Source of the DNA: Rhodospirillaceae bacterium
GTDB taxonomy: Bacteria > Pseudomonadota > Alphaproteobacteria > CACIAM-22H2
DNA length: 64,000 nt
Reading direction: 5' to 3'
NCBI GenBank assembly: GCA_022843945.1
Contig: JALHMR010000002.1
Location: 72,073-136,072 of the forward strand
Shown here piece after piece: positions 30,627 to 39,911 of the stretch. Within the stretch, counting starts at the first letter, position 1. The number at the start of each line of letters is the position of its first letter. The translations under genes were made by a program, and so were the position numbers. A model generated the notes under the pieces. The model was given only the letters and a program-made list of their open reading frames with translations, made no database searches and was not told where the DNA came from.

Positions 30627-32135
30627 ATGAACAGCCGCGCGCCGACGCCGACCCCGACCCCGACTCTTACACCGACCAGGACCACCCGCATCAAGAGCGC
30701 CGCCTGGGTCATCGCCTGGGATGCCGGGGAGAAGCGTCCGGTCTATCGCCGCGACATCGACGTGGTGTTTCGCGGCAACCTGATCGTGGCGGTGGGTGGC
30801 GAGTACCGGGAGCCGGTCGACGAGACGGTGGACGGGCGCCGCTATCTGGTGATGCCGGGCCTGGTCGACGTCCACTCGCACGCCATGTCGGAGAATGCCG
30901 GGCGCGGCGTCACCGAGGAACTGGGCAATCCCCAGCTCTATATGAGCGGGCTGTTCGACCTCAAGCCGCCGTTCCTGATCGGCCATTCGATGGCCAAGTC
31001 CGCCGAAACCGCTGAGAGCCTGCGCGCCGCCAACGAGGTGGCGATGGCCGAGCTGCTGATGTCCGGCGTCACCACTATCGCCGATCTCGGCATGCCCTAC
31101 GAAGGCTGGGCCGATACGCTCGCTGGCTCCGGCATCCGCGCCGTGCTCGCGCCGATGTACCGCTCGGCCAAGTGGGTGGTGCGCACCGGCCATTCGGTCG
31201 AATACGACTGGGACGAGAAGGCCGGCGAGCAGGCCATGCGCGAGGCGCTGGAGCTCATCGACCGGGCCAACCAGCATCCCAGCGGCCGGATCACCGGCAT
31301 GGTCTCGCCGGCCCAGGTCGATACCTGCAGCAAGGAGCTGCTGCTCGACTCGCTCGCCGAGGCCAAGCGCCGCGACCTGCCGGTGACCCTGCATTGCGGC
31401 CAGGCGGTATGGGAATTCCTCGAGATGACCCGCCGGCACGGCAAGACGCCGGTGCAGTGGCTGGGCGATATCGGCTTCCTTTCGGAGCGCACGCTGCTGG
31501 CCCATGCCATCTTCATCGACACACACTCCTGGCTGCGCTGGCATACGAAGCGGGACGTGTCGCTGCTGGCCGAGACCGGGACCAGCGTCGCCCATTGCCC
31601 GACCGTGTTCTCGCGCTACGGCCAGATGATGGAGAATGTCGGCGCCTATATCCGCGCCGGGGTGAATGTCGCCATCGGCACCGACACCCAGCCGCACAAC
31701 ATGTTGGAGGAGCTGCGCAACGCGCTGATCCTCGGGCGCATCGCCGCCGAGGACGTGACCGCGGTGAACGCGGCCGAGATCTTCGCCGCTGCGACATCCG
31801 CGGGCGCGCGCGCCCTGCTGCGCGACGACATCGGCCGCATCGCGGTCGGCGCCAAGGCCGATCTGGTGCTGGTCGACCTCGAGGAGCCGACCATGATGCC
31901 CGCGCGAGACCCTTTGCGGAGTCTTCTGTTCACCTCGGCCGAGCGCGCGGTGCGCGAGGTCTATATCGATGGCGTGCGCGTCGTGGCTGACGGCGAGCCG
32001 CTCTTCGTCGACCGGCACAAATCGGCCGCGCGGCTGGCCCGGGCGCAGGCCGAGATCATCTCGGCGGTGTCGCAGACCGACCTCCGCAAGCGCCGGCCGG
32101 AAGCCATCTCGCCGCTCACCCTGCCGCTGGCTTGA
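30627..32135 (+). CDS. Metal-dependent amidohydrolase (AtzA/TrzA/SsnA-like)
   Basis: PGLVDVHSH, LHCGQ, LAHAIF, AHCP, IGTDT, GAKADLV. Confidence 0.9.
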   Translation: MNSRAPTPTPTPTLTPTRTTRIKSAAWVIAWDAGEKRPVYRRDIDVVFRGNLIVAVGGEYREPVDETVDGRRYLVMPGLVDVHSHAMSENAGRGVTEELGNPQLYMSGLFDLKPPFLIGHSMAKSAETAESLRAANEVAMAELLMSGVTTIADLGMPYEGWADTLAGSGIRAVLAPMYRSAKWVVRTGHSVEYDWDEKAGEQAMREALELIDRANQHPSGRITGMVSPAQVDTCSKELLLDSLAEAKRRDLPVTLHCGQAVWEFLEMTRRHGKTPVQWLGDIGFLSERTLLAHAIFIDTHSWLRWHTKRDVSLLAETGTSVAHCPTVFSRYGQMMENVGAYIRAGVNVAIGTDTQPHNMLEELRNALILGRIAAEDVTAVNAAEIFAAATSAGARALLRDDIGRIAVGAKADLVLVDLEEPTMMPARDPLRSLLFTSAERAVREVYIDGVRVVADGEPLFVDRHKSAARLARAQAEIISAVSQTDLRKRRPEAISPLTLPLA

Positions 32136-32141
32136 TGTCTT

Positions 32142-32170
32142 CCCCTCTCCTCTTAGAGGGTAGGGTGAGG
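32142..32170. repeat. Degenerate half copy of the CIR-like repeat between convergent genes
   Basis: CCCCTCTCCTCTTAGAGGGTAGGGTGAGG resembles the arm of 44538-44660. Confidence 0.5.
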
Positions 32171-32174
32171 AGGC

Positions 32175-32879
32175 CTATTCCGCCGCGCGGGCGCCGACGC
32201 TGGCTTCGAGCAGGGCGATGGTCTCATCGACCGTCCGTACGTCGCCGAAGGACTGGATGAAGGCGTTGAGCGTGGCGACATGGTTGGCCTCGACGCGCGA
32301 CGCGTTGGCGTCGGAGACCATTACCGTCTTGAAGCCGAGTTGCATGGCATCGCGGGCCGAGGATTCGCAGCAGACATGGGTGAGGGTGCCGGCGATCAGC
32401 ACGGTGTCGGCGCCACGCTGATGCAGCCAGGCCTCGATATCGGAGGAGCCTCGGGTGAAACAGCTGAAGCGGTACTTGTCGAAGACATGATCGCCAGCCT
32501 GCGCCTCCATGCCGGCGGCCAGGGCGTGGCCGGGGGCGCCGGGCCGCAGGGTGGCGATCACCGTCTCGGCCACCGGCTCGGACACCGCGTAACCGAAGAA
32601 GGTGTTCCAGCCGCCGTCCTTCGCGCCGGTGAAGCTGGCGCGCGACCAGGCGACGCTGCCGCCGGCGCGGCGCACCGCCGCCGCCAGCCGGTTCACCGCC
32701 GGCACGATGGCGCGCGCCGCCGGCACGTAAGACGGCGTGCCGGGATCGACGAAGGCCGACTGCATGTCGATGACGATCAGCGCCGTGCGCCGGGCGTCGA
32801 GACTCTCGTAGGCGTGCAGGCGTCCGCGGCGCTTTTCCAGGAGCGTGCGGACCTCGGGCCAGAACAGGGTGTCGCTCAT
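32175..32879 (-). CDS. Isochorismatase-family cysteine hydrolase
   Basis: TALIVIDMQ, K.RFSCF, GTLTHVCCESSARDA. Confidence 0.9.
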   Translation of the reverse strand: MSDTLFWPEVRTLLEKRRGRLHAYESLDARRTALIVIDMQSAFVDPGTPSYVPAARAIVPAVNRLAAAVRRAGGSVAWSRASFTGAKDGGWNTFFGYAVSEPVAETVIATLRPGAPGHALAAGMEAQAGDHVFDKYRFSCFTRGSSDIEAWLHQRGADTVLIAGTLTHVCCESSARDAMQLGFKTVMVSDANASRVEANHVATLNAFIQSFGDVRTVDETIALLEASVGARAAE

Positions 32880-34114
32880 GGGTTTGCCTTTGCTCGCTCC
32901 AGGATGGCGTGCAGCAGGACGTTGGCGCCGGCGGTCAGGTCCTCCGGCGTCGCGTCCTCGATCTCGTTGTGGCTGATGCCGTCGCGGCAGGGCACGAAGA
33001 TCATGCCGGTGGGTGCGACCTTGGCCATGTAGACGGCATCGTGACCGGCCCCGCTGACGATGTCGCGGTGGCTATAGCCGAGCTGCGTCGTCGCCTGGCG
33101 CACGGCGTTGACGCAATCGTCGGCGAAGGGTGTGGGCGCGAAATACCAGAAGTCCTTGATCTCGACCTCGACCTTCGCCGCCTCGGCGATGACCTTGCAC
33201 TCGGCGTGCAGCGCCTCGTGCATCTGGGTGAGGGTGGCATCGATGGGATGACGGAAGTCGACGGTGAAAAAGACCTTGCCGGGGATGGTGTTGCGCGAGT
33301 TGGGCGACACCTGCATGAAGCCGACCGTGGCGCAGGCCAATGGCGCGAACTTGTGGCCGATGCGGTTCACGGCATCGACCATGCGTGAGGCGGCGACCAG
33401 CGCGTCGCGGCGGCGCGGCATCGGCGTGGGGCCGGCATGGGCCTCCTGACCGGTGACGAAGATCTCATACCAGCGCTGCCCTTGCGCGGCGGTGACCACG
33501 CCGATCGTCTTCTTTTCGGCTTCGAGAATCGGGCCCTGCTCGATATGCGCCTCGAAATAGGCGCCCACCTCGCGGCCGCTGAGCTGGTCTTTGCCGGCAT
33601 AACCGATGCGCTTGAGCTCGTCACCCATGGTCTTGTTGTCGATGTCTTTTTTGGCCAGCGCCTCGTCGAGCGCGAAGACGCCGGCATAGACGCCCGAGCC
33701 GACCATGGCGGGCGAGAAACGCGAGCCTTCCTCGTTGGTCCAGGCGACGACCTCGACCGGCGCCTGCGTGGTGATGCCCAAGTCGTTGAGCGTGCGGATG
33801 ACTTCGAGCCCCGCGAGCACGCCGTAGGCGCCGTCGAACTTGCCGCCGGTGGGCTGTGAATCGAGATGGCTGCCGGTGACGATCGGCGGCTGCGAATTAT
33901 CCTTGCCGGCGCGCCGGGCGAAAATATTGCCAATCGGATCAACGCTGATCGTGCAGCCGGCGTCCTTGCACCAGCGGATGAACAGGTCGCGGCCCTGGCG
34001 ATCGAGATCGGTGAGGGCGAGGCGGCAGACGCCGCCTTTTTCGGTGGCGCCGATTTTCGCCAGCTCCATCAGGCTCTGCCACAGCCGGTCGCCATCGATC
34101 TTGAGGTTTTGCAT
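32876..34114 (-). CDS. M20 Zn-dependent hydrolase (N-carbamoyl-amino acid amidohydrolase/beta-ureidopropionase-like)
   Basis: GSHLDSQPTGGKFDG, WTNEEGSRF, EAHIEQGP, SGAGHDA, GISHNE. Confidence 0.92.
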   Translation of the reverse strand: MQNLKIDGDRLWQSLMELAKIGATEKGGVCRLALTDLDRQGRDLFIRWCKDAGCTISVDPIGNIFARRAGKDNSQPPIVTGSHLDSQPTGGKFDGAYGVLAGLEVIRTLNDLGITTQAPVEVVAWTNEEGSRFSPAMVGSGVYAGVFALDEALAKKDIDNKTMGDELKRIGYAGKDQLSGREVGAYFEAHIEQGPILEAEKKTIGVVTAAQGQRWYEIFVTGQEAHAGPTPMPRRRDALVAASRMVDAVNRIGHKFAPLACATVGFMQVSPNSRNTIPGKVFFTVDFRHPIDATLTQMHEALHAECKVIAEAAKVEVEIKDFWYFAPTPFADDCVNAVRQATTQLGYSHRDIVSGAGHDAVYMAKVAPTGMIFVPCRDGISHNEIEDATPEDLTAGANVLLHAILERAKANP

Positions 34115-34130
34115 CGCCTCGTGCTCTGTT

Positions 34131-34146
34131 GTTTTCACGTGAAACA
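34131..34146. other. parS-like site
   Basis: GTTTTCACGTGAAACA, 14/16 to the consensus TGTTTCACGTGAAACA, intergenic. Confidence 0.6.
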
Positions 34147-34165
34147 ATAGCACCGGGCGGAACCC

Positions 34166-34951
34166 ATGTCCTTGGAAGCAATCGATTTCAGCCGCCTCGG
34201 GCCCGTACCCGGCAAGCGGCTGCTGGTGGTTGGCGGCTGCGGCGGCATTGGCCGCGTGCTGGTCAAGGCGGCGCTGGAGACCGGCCTCAAAGTCGCGGTT
34301 TTCGACGTGCCGATTGCCATCGAGCAGCACCGGCCCCCCGCCGAGGCCGTGGCCGAAGAGCTCGACGCCACCAAGGCCGACGCGGTGACCGAAGCCTTTA
34401 CCGCCCTCGACCGCCAATGGGGCGGGCTCGACCACCTGGTGAACCTCGCAGGCTTCACCAATGCCCGCGTGCCGCTCACCGAGATCGGCCCCGAGGAGTT
34501 CGACGCCATCCACGCCGCCAGTCTGCGCAGCACCTACCTGGTGGCGCATGCGGCCCTGCCGCGGCTCAAGGCGGGCGGCGGCGGCAGCATCGTCCACACC
34601 GCCTCGGGCCTGGCGACCCGCGTGCTGCCGGGTTTTGCGCCCTATGCCGCGGCCAAGGCGGGCGTCATCGCCCTGACCAAGGCGATCGCCGTGGAAAATG
34701 CACCGACGATCCGCGCCAACACGGTCGCGCCGGGCGCCACCGATACCGAGTTCCTGCGCGGCGGCACGGGCCGCGCCCCGACCCATGGCGGCGAGCGCCA
34801 CGTGGACGCCAATGCGGTGAAAATGACCCCCATGGGCCGCCTCGGCCAGCCGGAAGACGTGGTGGGCCCGATTCTCTTTCTGCTGGGCCCGGCCTCGCGC
34901 TTCATGACCGGCCAGACGCTCTACATCAATGGCGGGGGCCTAACGCCCTGA
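34166..34951 (+). CDS. Short-chain dehydrogenase/reductase
   Basis: GGCGGIG, VNLAG, YAAAK, NTVAPG. Confidence 0.9.
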   Translation: MSLEAIDFSRLGPVPGKRLLVVGGCGGIGRVLVKAALETGLKVAVFDVPIAIEQHRPPAEAVAEELDATKADAVTEAFTALDRQWGGLDHLVNLAGFTNARVPLTEIGPEEFDAIHAASLRSTYLVAHAALPRLKAGGGGSIVHTASGLATRVLPGFAPYAAAKAGVIALTKAIAVENAPTIRANTVAPGATDTEFLRGGTGRAPTHGGERHVDANAVKMTPMGRLGQPEDVVGPILFLLGPASRFMTGQTLYINGGGLTP

Positions 34952-34961
34952 AACCAGCCCC

Positions 34962-34977
34962 TTAACCCCCCTTTAAC
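34962..34977 (+). promoter_or_regulatory. CtrA box
   Basis: TTAA-CCCCCCT-TTAAC = TTAA-N7-TTAAC, about 85 nt upstream of the FGGY kinase. Confidence 0.7.
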
Positions 34978-35061
34978 GTTATGGAACTACAACCTTTTTC
35001 GGACCCTTCCGACTAAGGTAGTACTGGGCGCCCGGCGCCCCAACCATGATGTGTTTCGATC

Positions 35062-36672
35062 GTGCCTGGACTGGCGGACGCCGTGGCTGAAGCGTGCGTC
35101 CTTGCTGTTGATGTCGGCTCGACGACGGCGCGCGCCGCGGTCGTCGACATTGACGGCCGCATGCTGTCCTCGGCCAGCGAGCCCTTCTCCACCAACCGTC
35201 CGGCTCCCAATCATGCCGAGCATGACTCGGAGGAGATCTGGCGCGCCGTCTCGGCGGCCTCCCGTCGTGCCGTAACCGGCGTCCAGGGGCGGGCGATCTC
35301 GGGCGTGGCCTTCGACGCGACGTGCTCGCTGGTCATGCTCGGCCACGGCGGCAGCCCGGTCACCGTCTCGACCACGGGCGACGATCGCTGGAACGTCGTG
35401 ATGTGGGCGGACCATCGCGCGACGCGCGAAGCGGAAGAGATCACCGAGGGCCGCCACCGCGCGCTTGATTATGTCGGCGGTACCATGTCGCCCGAGATGG
35501 AGCTGCCGAAGCTGCTCTGGCTGAAGCGCAACCTGCCCCAGGCCTGGTCGCGCTACGGCCTGGCCTTCGACCTTGCGGACTTCCTCACCTGGCGCGCCAC
35601 CGGCGTCTTCGCCGCCTCGGCCTGCACCATCACCTGCAAGTGGACCTACCTCAACCACCAGAAGACCGGCTGGCAGATCGACCTGCTGGAGCAGATCGGC
35701 CTCGCCGACATGCTGCCGCGGCTGCATCTGCCGCAGCGCGCCATGCAGCTCGGCACGACGGTCGGCGGCCTGACGGTGCGCGCCGCCGCCGATCTTGGCC
35801 TGTCTCCGGGCACCCCGGTCGGTGTCGGCCTGATCGACGCGCATGCCGGCGGGCTTGGCGTTCTGGCCGGCGTGCCCACCGAGCAGCTCAACCAGCGGCT
35901 GGCGGTGATCGCCGGCACCTCGACCTGCCACATGGCCATCTCGCCGGATCCGCGGCCGGTGCCGGGCATCTGGGGCCCTTATTTCGGCGCCATGCTGCCC
36001 AATCTCTGGCTCAACGAGGGCGGGCAGTCCGCCACCGGCGCCTTGCTCGACCATATCCTCGAATGGCATGTCGAAGGCCGCAACCTCGGTCCCGACCCGC
36101 ACGAACGCCTGGGCCAGTACATCATGCAGAAGCGCGCCGAGAACGGCGCAAGCTATGCCAGCGATGTCGTGGTGCTGCCTGACTTCCGCGGCAACCGTTC
36201 GCCGCTCGCCGATTCAGGCTTGCGCGGCGTGATCCACGGCCTCGATCTCGACTCCTCGCTCGACAGCCTGGCGCGCATCTATCACGCGGCGATCGTCGGC
36301 CTGGGCTACGGCACGCGCCACATCATCGATGAGCTCAACCGCCACGGCTATCGTATCGGCCGCCTGCATCTGACCGGCGGCCATTCGAAGAGCGCCCTGA
36401 TGATGCAGCTCTACGCCAACGCCACGGGCTGCGACATCGCCCTGCCGCGCGAGGCCGATGGCGTGCTGCTGGGGACGAGCCTGGCCGCGGCGACGGCCGC
36501 CGGTCTCTATCCGGACCTGCGCGCCGCGGGCCGCGCCATGGTCCACGAGAGCAAGGTCGTCCAGCCGGAGCCTGGCGCCATGGCGGTTCACGCCCGCGGC
36601 TACAGCGCTTTCCGCATGATGATCGAGCAGCGCAAGGACGTCGTCGCCGCCCTGTCCCGCGACTTCCGCTAA
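35062..36672 (+). CDS. FGGY-family carbohydrate (pentulose) kinase
   Basis: DVGSTTAR, FDATCSLV, WADHRA, MSPEMELPK, CKWTY, GTSTCH, NEGGQSATG, DFRGNRSP. Confidence 0.92.
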   Translation: MPGLADAVAEACVLAVDVGSTTARAAVVDIDGRMLSSASEPFSTNRPAPNHAEHDSEEIWRAVSAASRRAVTGVQGRAISGVAFDATCSLVMLGHGGSPVTVSTTGDDRWNVVMWADHRATREAEEITEGRHRALDYVGGTMSPEMELPKLLWLKRNLPQAWSRYGLAFDLADFLTWRATGVFAASACTITCKWTYLNHQKTGWQIDLLEQIGLADMLPRLHLPQRAMQLGTTVGGLTVRAAADLGLSPGTPVGVGLIDAHAGGLGVLAGVPTEQLNQRLAVIAGTSTCHMAISPDPRPVPGIWGPYFGAMLPNLWLNEGGQSATGALLDHILEWHVEGRNLGPDPHERLGQYIMQKRAENGASYASDVVVLPDFRGNRSPLADSGLRGVIHGLDLDSSLDSLARIYHAAIVGLGYGTRHIIDELNRHGYRIGRLHLTGGHSKSALMMQLYANATGCDIALPREADGVLLGTSLAAATAAGLYPDLRAAGRAMVHESKVVQPEPGAMAVHARGYSAFRMMIEQRKDVVAALSRDFR

Positions 36673-37628
36673 CCCCGCAGCCGGCCCAGGCGCGCCAGCG
36701 CCGTGTCGCATTCCTCGACCAGCCGCCGCACGAGCTCGCCGGCCGGGGGCAGGTCATCGATCAGGCCGATGCCCTGGCCGACCTCCACCTTGCCCTCGTC
36801 TATGTTGCCTTCCAGGGCCGCCAGCTTGAGCGAGCTCGATTTGAAAATTTTCTCGCGCTCTTCCTTCGGCGCGGCCGCCATCTCGGCCGCGGCATAGCGC
36901 TCGGCGAAACTGTTCTTGAGCATGCGGATGACGCCGAGGCCGCGGCCGACCAGCGCCGTGTCATCGACCTCGGCCTGCAGGAGGCGTTCCTTGTAGGCGG
37001 CATGCACGCCGGCTTCCTGCGTCATCAGGAAGCGCGTGCCGAGCTGCGCGCCGTCGCAACCCAGCGCCAGCACGGCGGCGATGCCCGCGCCGTCGGCAAT
37101 ACCGCCCGAGGCCACGACGGGCAGGTGAGGGACGGCCGCCACCACGCGGCGCGCCAGAACCAGCGTGCCGACCTCGTTGGGCGGCGGATGGCCGCCGGCT
37201 TCGGAGCCGACGACGATCAGGCCGTCGACCCCCGCCGCCGCGGCCTTCTCGGCATGCGAGGGCGCGGCCACGACGTGCAGGCATTTCCGGCCGCCGGCCT
37301 TGAATCGCTCGATGTATTTCTGCGGGCCGCCCTGGGCCGCCATCAGGATCGGCACCTCTTCCTCGAAGATGATGTCGAGGATGAGGTCGGCCTGGTTGCG
37401 ATAGAGCGGCACGTTGACCGCATAGGGCCGGTTGGTGCGCTCCTTGACGAAGCGGATGGCGGCGCGCAGGGCATCGGGATACATCGGCCCGGCGCCGATC
37501 ACGCCGAGCGCACCGGCCTGCGACACGGCGAGCGCCAGCTCCGGACCGGCCGCCCAGCTCATGCCGCCCTGGATGATCGGATGCTCGATGCCGAGAAGCT
37601 CGGTGAGGCGGGTGCGCAGGCGGGTCAT
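36669..37628 (-). CDS. Nitronate monooxygenase/FabK-family flavoprotein
   Basis: PIIQGGM, EAGGH, SGGIADG, GTRF; real start MTRLRT at 37628 (the longer ORF reads through repeats). Confidence 0.9.
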   Translation of the reverse strand: MTRLRTRLTELLGIEHPIIQGGMSWAAGPELALAVSQAGALGVIGAGPMYPDALRAAIRFVKERTNRPYAVNVPLYRNQADLILDIIFEEEVPILMAAQGGPQKYIERFKAGGRKCLHVVAAPSHAEKAAAAGVDGLIVVGSEAGGHPPPNEVGTLVLARRVVAAVPHLPVVASGGIADGAGIAAVLALGCDGAQLGTRFLMTQEAGVHAAYKERLLQAEVDDTALVGRGLGVIRMLKNSFAERYAAAEMAAAPKEEREKIFKSSSLKLAALEGNIDEGKVEVGQGIGLIDDLPPAGELVRRLVEECDTALARLGRLRG

Positions 37629-37660
37629 CGTCTTTATCTTGTCATGCCCGGGCTCCGACC

Positions 37661-37875
37661 CACGGCTGTCCGGTTTACGAATTTCGGTTGCACGCGAGCA
37701 GCGGAAAGACTCGTAAAGGTCGTCATGGCCGTGCTCGTCACGGCCATCCACGTGTTTTTGGCCGGCGGAGAAGACCGTGGATGGCCGGCCTTCGCCGGCC
37801 ATGACGATTGTTGCTGGTTTGTGCGTTGCGATTGAATCGCGGCGGTTGCGACAAAGGCTAAACCGGACAGCCGTG
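37661..37875. mobile_element. 215-bp MITE / internally deleted IS
   Basis: Perfect 17-bp TIRs CACGGCTGTCCGGTTTA / TAAACCGGACAGCCGTG; 10-bp direct repeat GGCTCCGACC at 37651-37660 and 37876-37885. Confidence 0.85.
37722..37805. repeat. Inner REP/RIME-like doublet within the MITE
   Basis: GTCATGGCCGTGCTCGTCACGGCCATCCAC ... GTGGATGGCCGGCCTTCGCCGGCCATGAC. Confidence 0.85.
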
Positions 37876-37961
37876 GGCTCCGACCCGGGCATCCATCGCG
37901 CCGCTGAACCATGGATCGCCGGGTCAAGCCCGGCGATGACATTAGAAAGAACCTCATAGGG

Positions 37962-38714
37962 TCATTCTTTGCGCTTCTTGAAGGCCTCGACGCCCGCACT
38001 CCATTCCTTGCCGGCCAGGTTCTCCTCCACCGCTTCCTGCTCGAGCGCGATGCCGCGTTCGAGCGTCGTCTGCATGCCCTGATCGATGCAGCGCTTGGCG
38101 AGCTTCATGGCCAGCGGCGGCGCCTTGGCGATCTGCGCGGCCAGCGCCCGCGCGTCGTCCCAGAGCGAAGCGGAAGGTACGACGCGGTTGACCAGTCCGA
38201 TGGCCTTGGCTTCGTCGGCGAGGATCGCGCGATTGGTGAAGAGCAGTTCCTTGGCCATGGCTTTGCCGGCGAGGCGGGGCAGGCGCTGTGTTGCGCCAAC
38301 CGTGCCCCATTGCGCCTCGGGATAGCGGAACGAGGCCTTGTCCGAGGCCCAGATGAAATCGCAGATCGCCGCGATCTCGCAGCCTGAGCCGGCGGCCGGC
38401 CCGTCGACGATGGCGACCATGGGAATGCGGATCGACGCCAGCGCCTCGTAGGCGGCGTAGGAGCGTTTGCGGCGCTCGCGCACCCAATCGGCGTCCTTGT
38501 TCTCCCGCTCCTTGAGATCGGCACCGCCGGAGAAAGCGGGCCCGTTGGCCGCGACCAGAAGCACGCGCAAGCTCGCATCGGCCGCCACCGCTTCAGCCGC
38601 GGCCTTGAGGTCGTCGCACATCTGCATGTTGAGGGCGTTGCGCTGATCCGGCCGGTTGAGGGTCAGAGTGGCGATGGGGCCCTGGATGTCGAGCAGAACG
38701 GTCGCATACGTCAT
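37962..38714 (-). CDS. Enoyl-CoA hydratase/isomerase
   Basis: LNRPDQRNAL, FSGGADL, GSGCE, PEAQWG. Confidence 0.92.
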   Translation of the reverse strand: MTYATVLLDIQGPIATLTLNRPDQRNALNMQMCDDLKAAAEAVAADASLRVLLVAANGPAFSGGADLKERENKDADWVRERRKRSYAAYEALASIRIPMVAIVDGPAAGSGCEIAAICDFIWASDKASFRYPEAQWGTVGATQRLPRLAGKAMAKELLFTNRAILADEAKAIGLVNRVVPSASLWDDARALAAQIAKAPPLAMKLAKRCIDQGMQTTLERGIALEQEAVEENLAGKEWSAGVEAFKKRKE

Positions 38715-39898
38715 TAGATCACTCTCTCCGCGCGCAAGGCGGCGATCTCCTCAGGCTTCAGGCCCAGCATATCGCGCAGCACGTCGTCGGTATGCTCGCC
38801 CAGCACCGGTGGCCGGCCGATCTCCGGGTTCTCGTAGCCGTCATAGCGCAGGGGCAGGCGCAGGGCGGGGAACCTGCCGACCACCGGATGATCGAAGCTG
38901 CCGACGAGGCCACGGGCCTTGGTGTGCTCATCGGCCAGCACCTCGTCGAGCGCGTTCACCGGACCGGCCGGCACGTCGGCTTTCTCCAGCGCCTGGAGCA
39001 GAGGGGCACGGTCGAGCTTGCCGATGGCTTCACGCAACGCCGTCATCACTTCATCGCGGCGCTTCACGCGGGCGGCGTTCTTTCTGAGATCCTCATCGGC
39101 GAGCAGCTTTTCCATACCCAGCGCCTTGAGCAGCGGCTCCCAATGCTGATCGCTGCCGGTGATATGCAGCCAGCGCCCGTCGCGGCATTCGAAGGCGGCC
39201 GACGGCACGCGGCCGGGATGCTCGGTACCGGTGCGCGCCGGCACTTCGCCGAGTGCGAAGTAGCGGGCCGCGGCAATGGTGAGCTGGGCGACCTGGGCGT
39301 CGAACATCGACAGGTCGATGAAGCAGCCGTGGCCGCTCTGCGCCCGCGCCGCAAGGCCGGAGAGGGCGGCGACAGCGATCCACAGGCCCGACGTCAGATC
39401 GGACATCGGCAGGCCGGCCTTCACCGGGCCGCCGCCCGGCTCGCCGGTCAGCGCCATCAGGCCGCTCATCGCCTGGAAGATGGTGTCGTAGCCCTTGCGG
39501 TCGGCATAGGGCCCGGTCTGGCCGAAGCCGGTATTGGCGACGTAAATGGCGCGCGGGTTGACCGCCTTGATGTCGTCGTAGCCGAGGCCCATCGTGGCCA
39601 TGGTGCCGGGCGGAAAGTTCTCGACCACGATATCGGCCTTGGCCGCCAGCTGCCGGGCGATTGCCTGCGCTTTCTTGGATTTGAGATTGAGCGTCAGCGA
39701 GCGCTTGGCCCGGTTGAAGGCGAAGAAATAGCCGCTCTCGTTGCCAATCGTCGGCTCCCATTGGCGGGTTTCGTCGCCGCTGCCGGGGCGCTCGATCTTG
39801 ATCACGGTGGCGCCAAGTTCCGCGAGGATCATGGTCGCCAGCGGCGCCGCCAGCACGCGCGAGAAATCGAGAACGATAAGACCGTCGAGGGGCTTCAT
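38714..39898 (-). CDS. CaiB/BaiF class III CoA-transferase
   Basis: LAELGATVIKIERPGSGD, NRAKRS, DIVVENF, GFGQTGP, GYD. Confidence 0.93.
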   Translation of the reverse strand: MKPLDGLIVLDFSRVLAAPLATMILAELGATVIKIERPGSGDETRQWEPTIGNESGYFFAFNRAKRSLTLNLKSKKAQAIARQLAAKADIVVENFPPGTMATMGLGYDDIKAVNPRAIYVANTGFGQTGPYADRKGYDTIFQAMSGLMALTGEPGGGPVKAGLPMSDLTSGLWIAVAALSGLAARAQSGHGCFIDLSMFDAQVAQLTIAAARYFALGEVPARTGTEHPGRVPSAAFECRDGRWLHITGSDQHWEPLLKALGMEKLLADEDLRKNAARVKRRDEVMTALREAIGKLDRAPLLQALEKADVPAGPVNALDEVLADEHTKARGLVGSFDHPVVGRFPALRLPLRYDGYENPEIGRPPVLGEHTDDVLRDMLGLKPEEIAALRAERVI

Positions 39899-39911
39899 TG
39901 CGAGAGGAGCA

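Larger units (their letters stand above)
37641..37940. repeat. Outer REP/RIME-like doublet interrupted by a MITE
   Basis: Left arm GTCATGCCCGGGCTCCGACC|CGGGCATCCA split by the insertion; right arm TGGATCGCCGGGTCAAGCCCGGCGATGAC (37912-37940). Confidence 0.85.

Noticed and set aside
37629-37892. 88-aa N-terminal extension of the nitronate monooxygenase
   Set aside because: Translation through the REP/MITE; family similarity starts at MTRLRT (37628).
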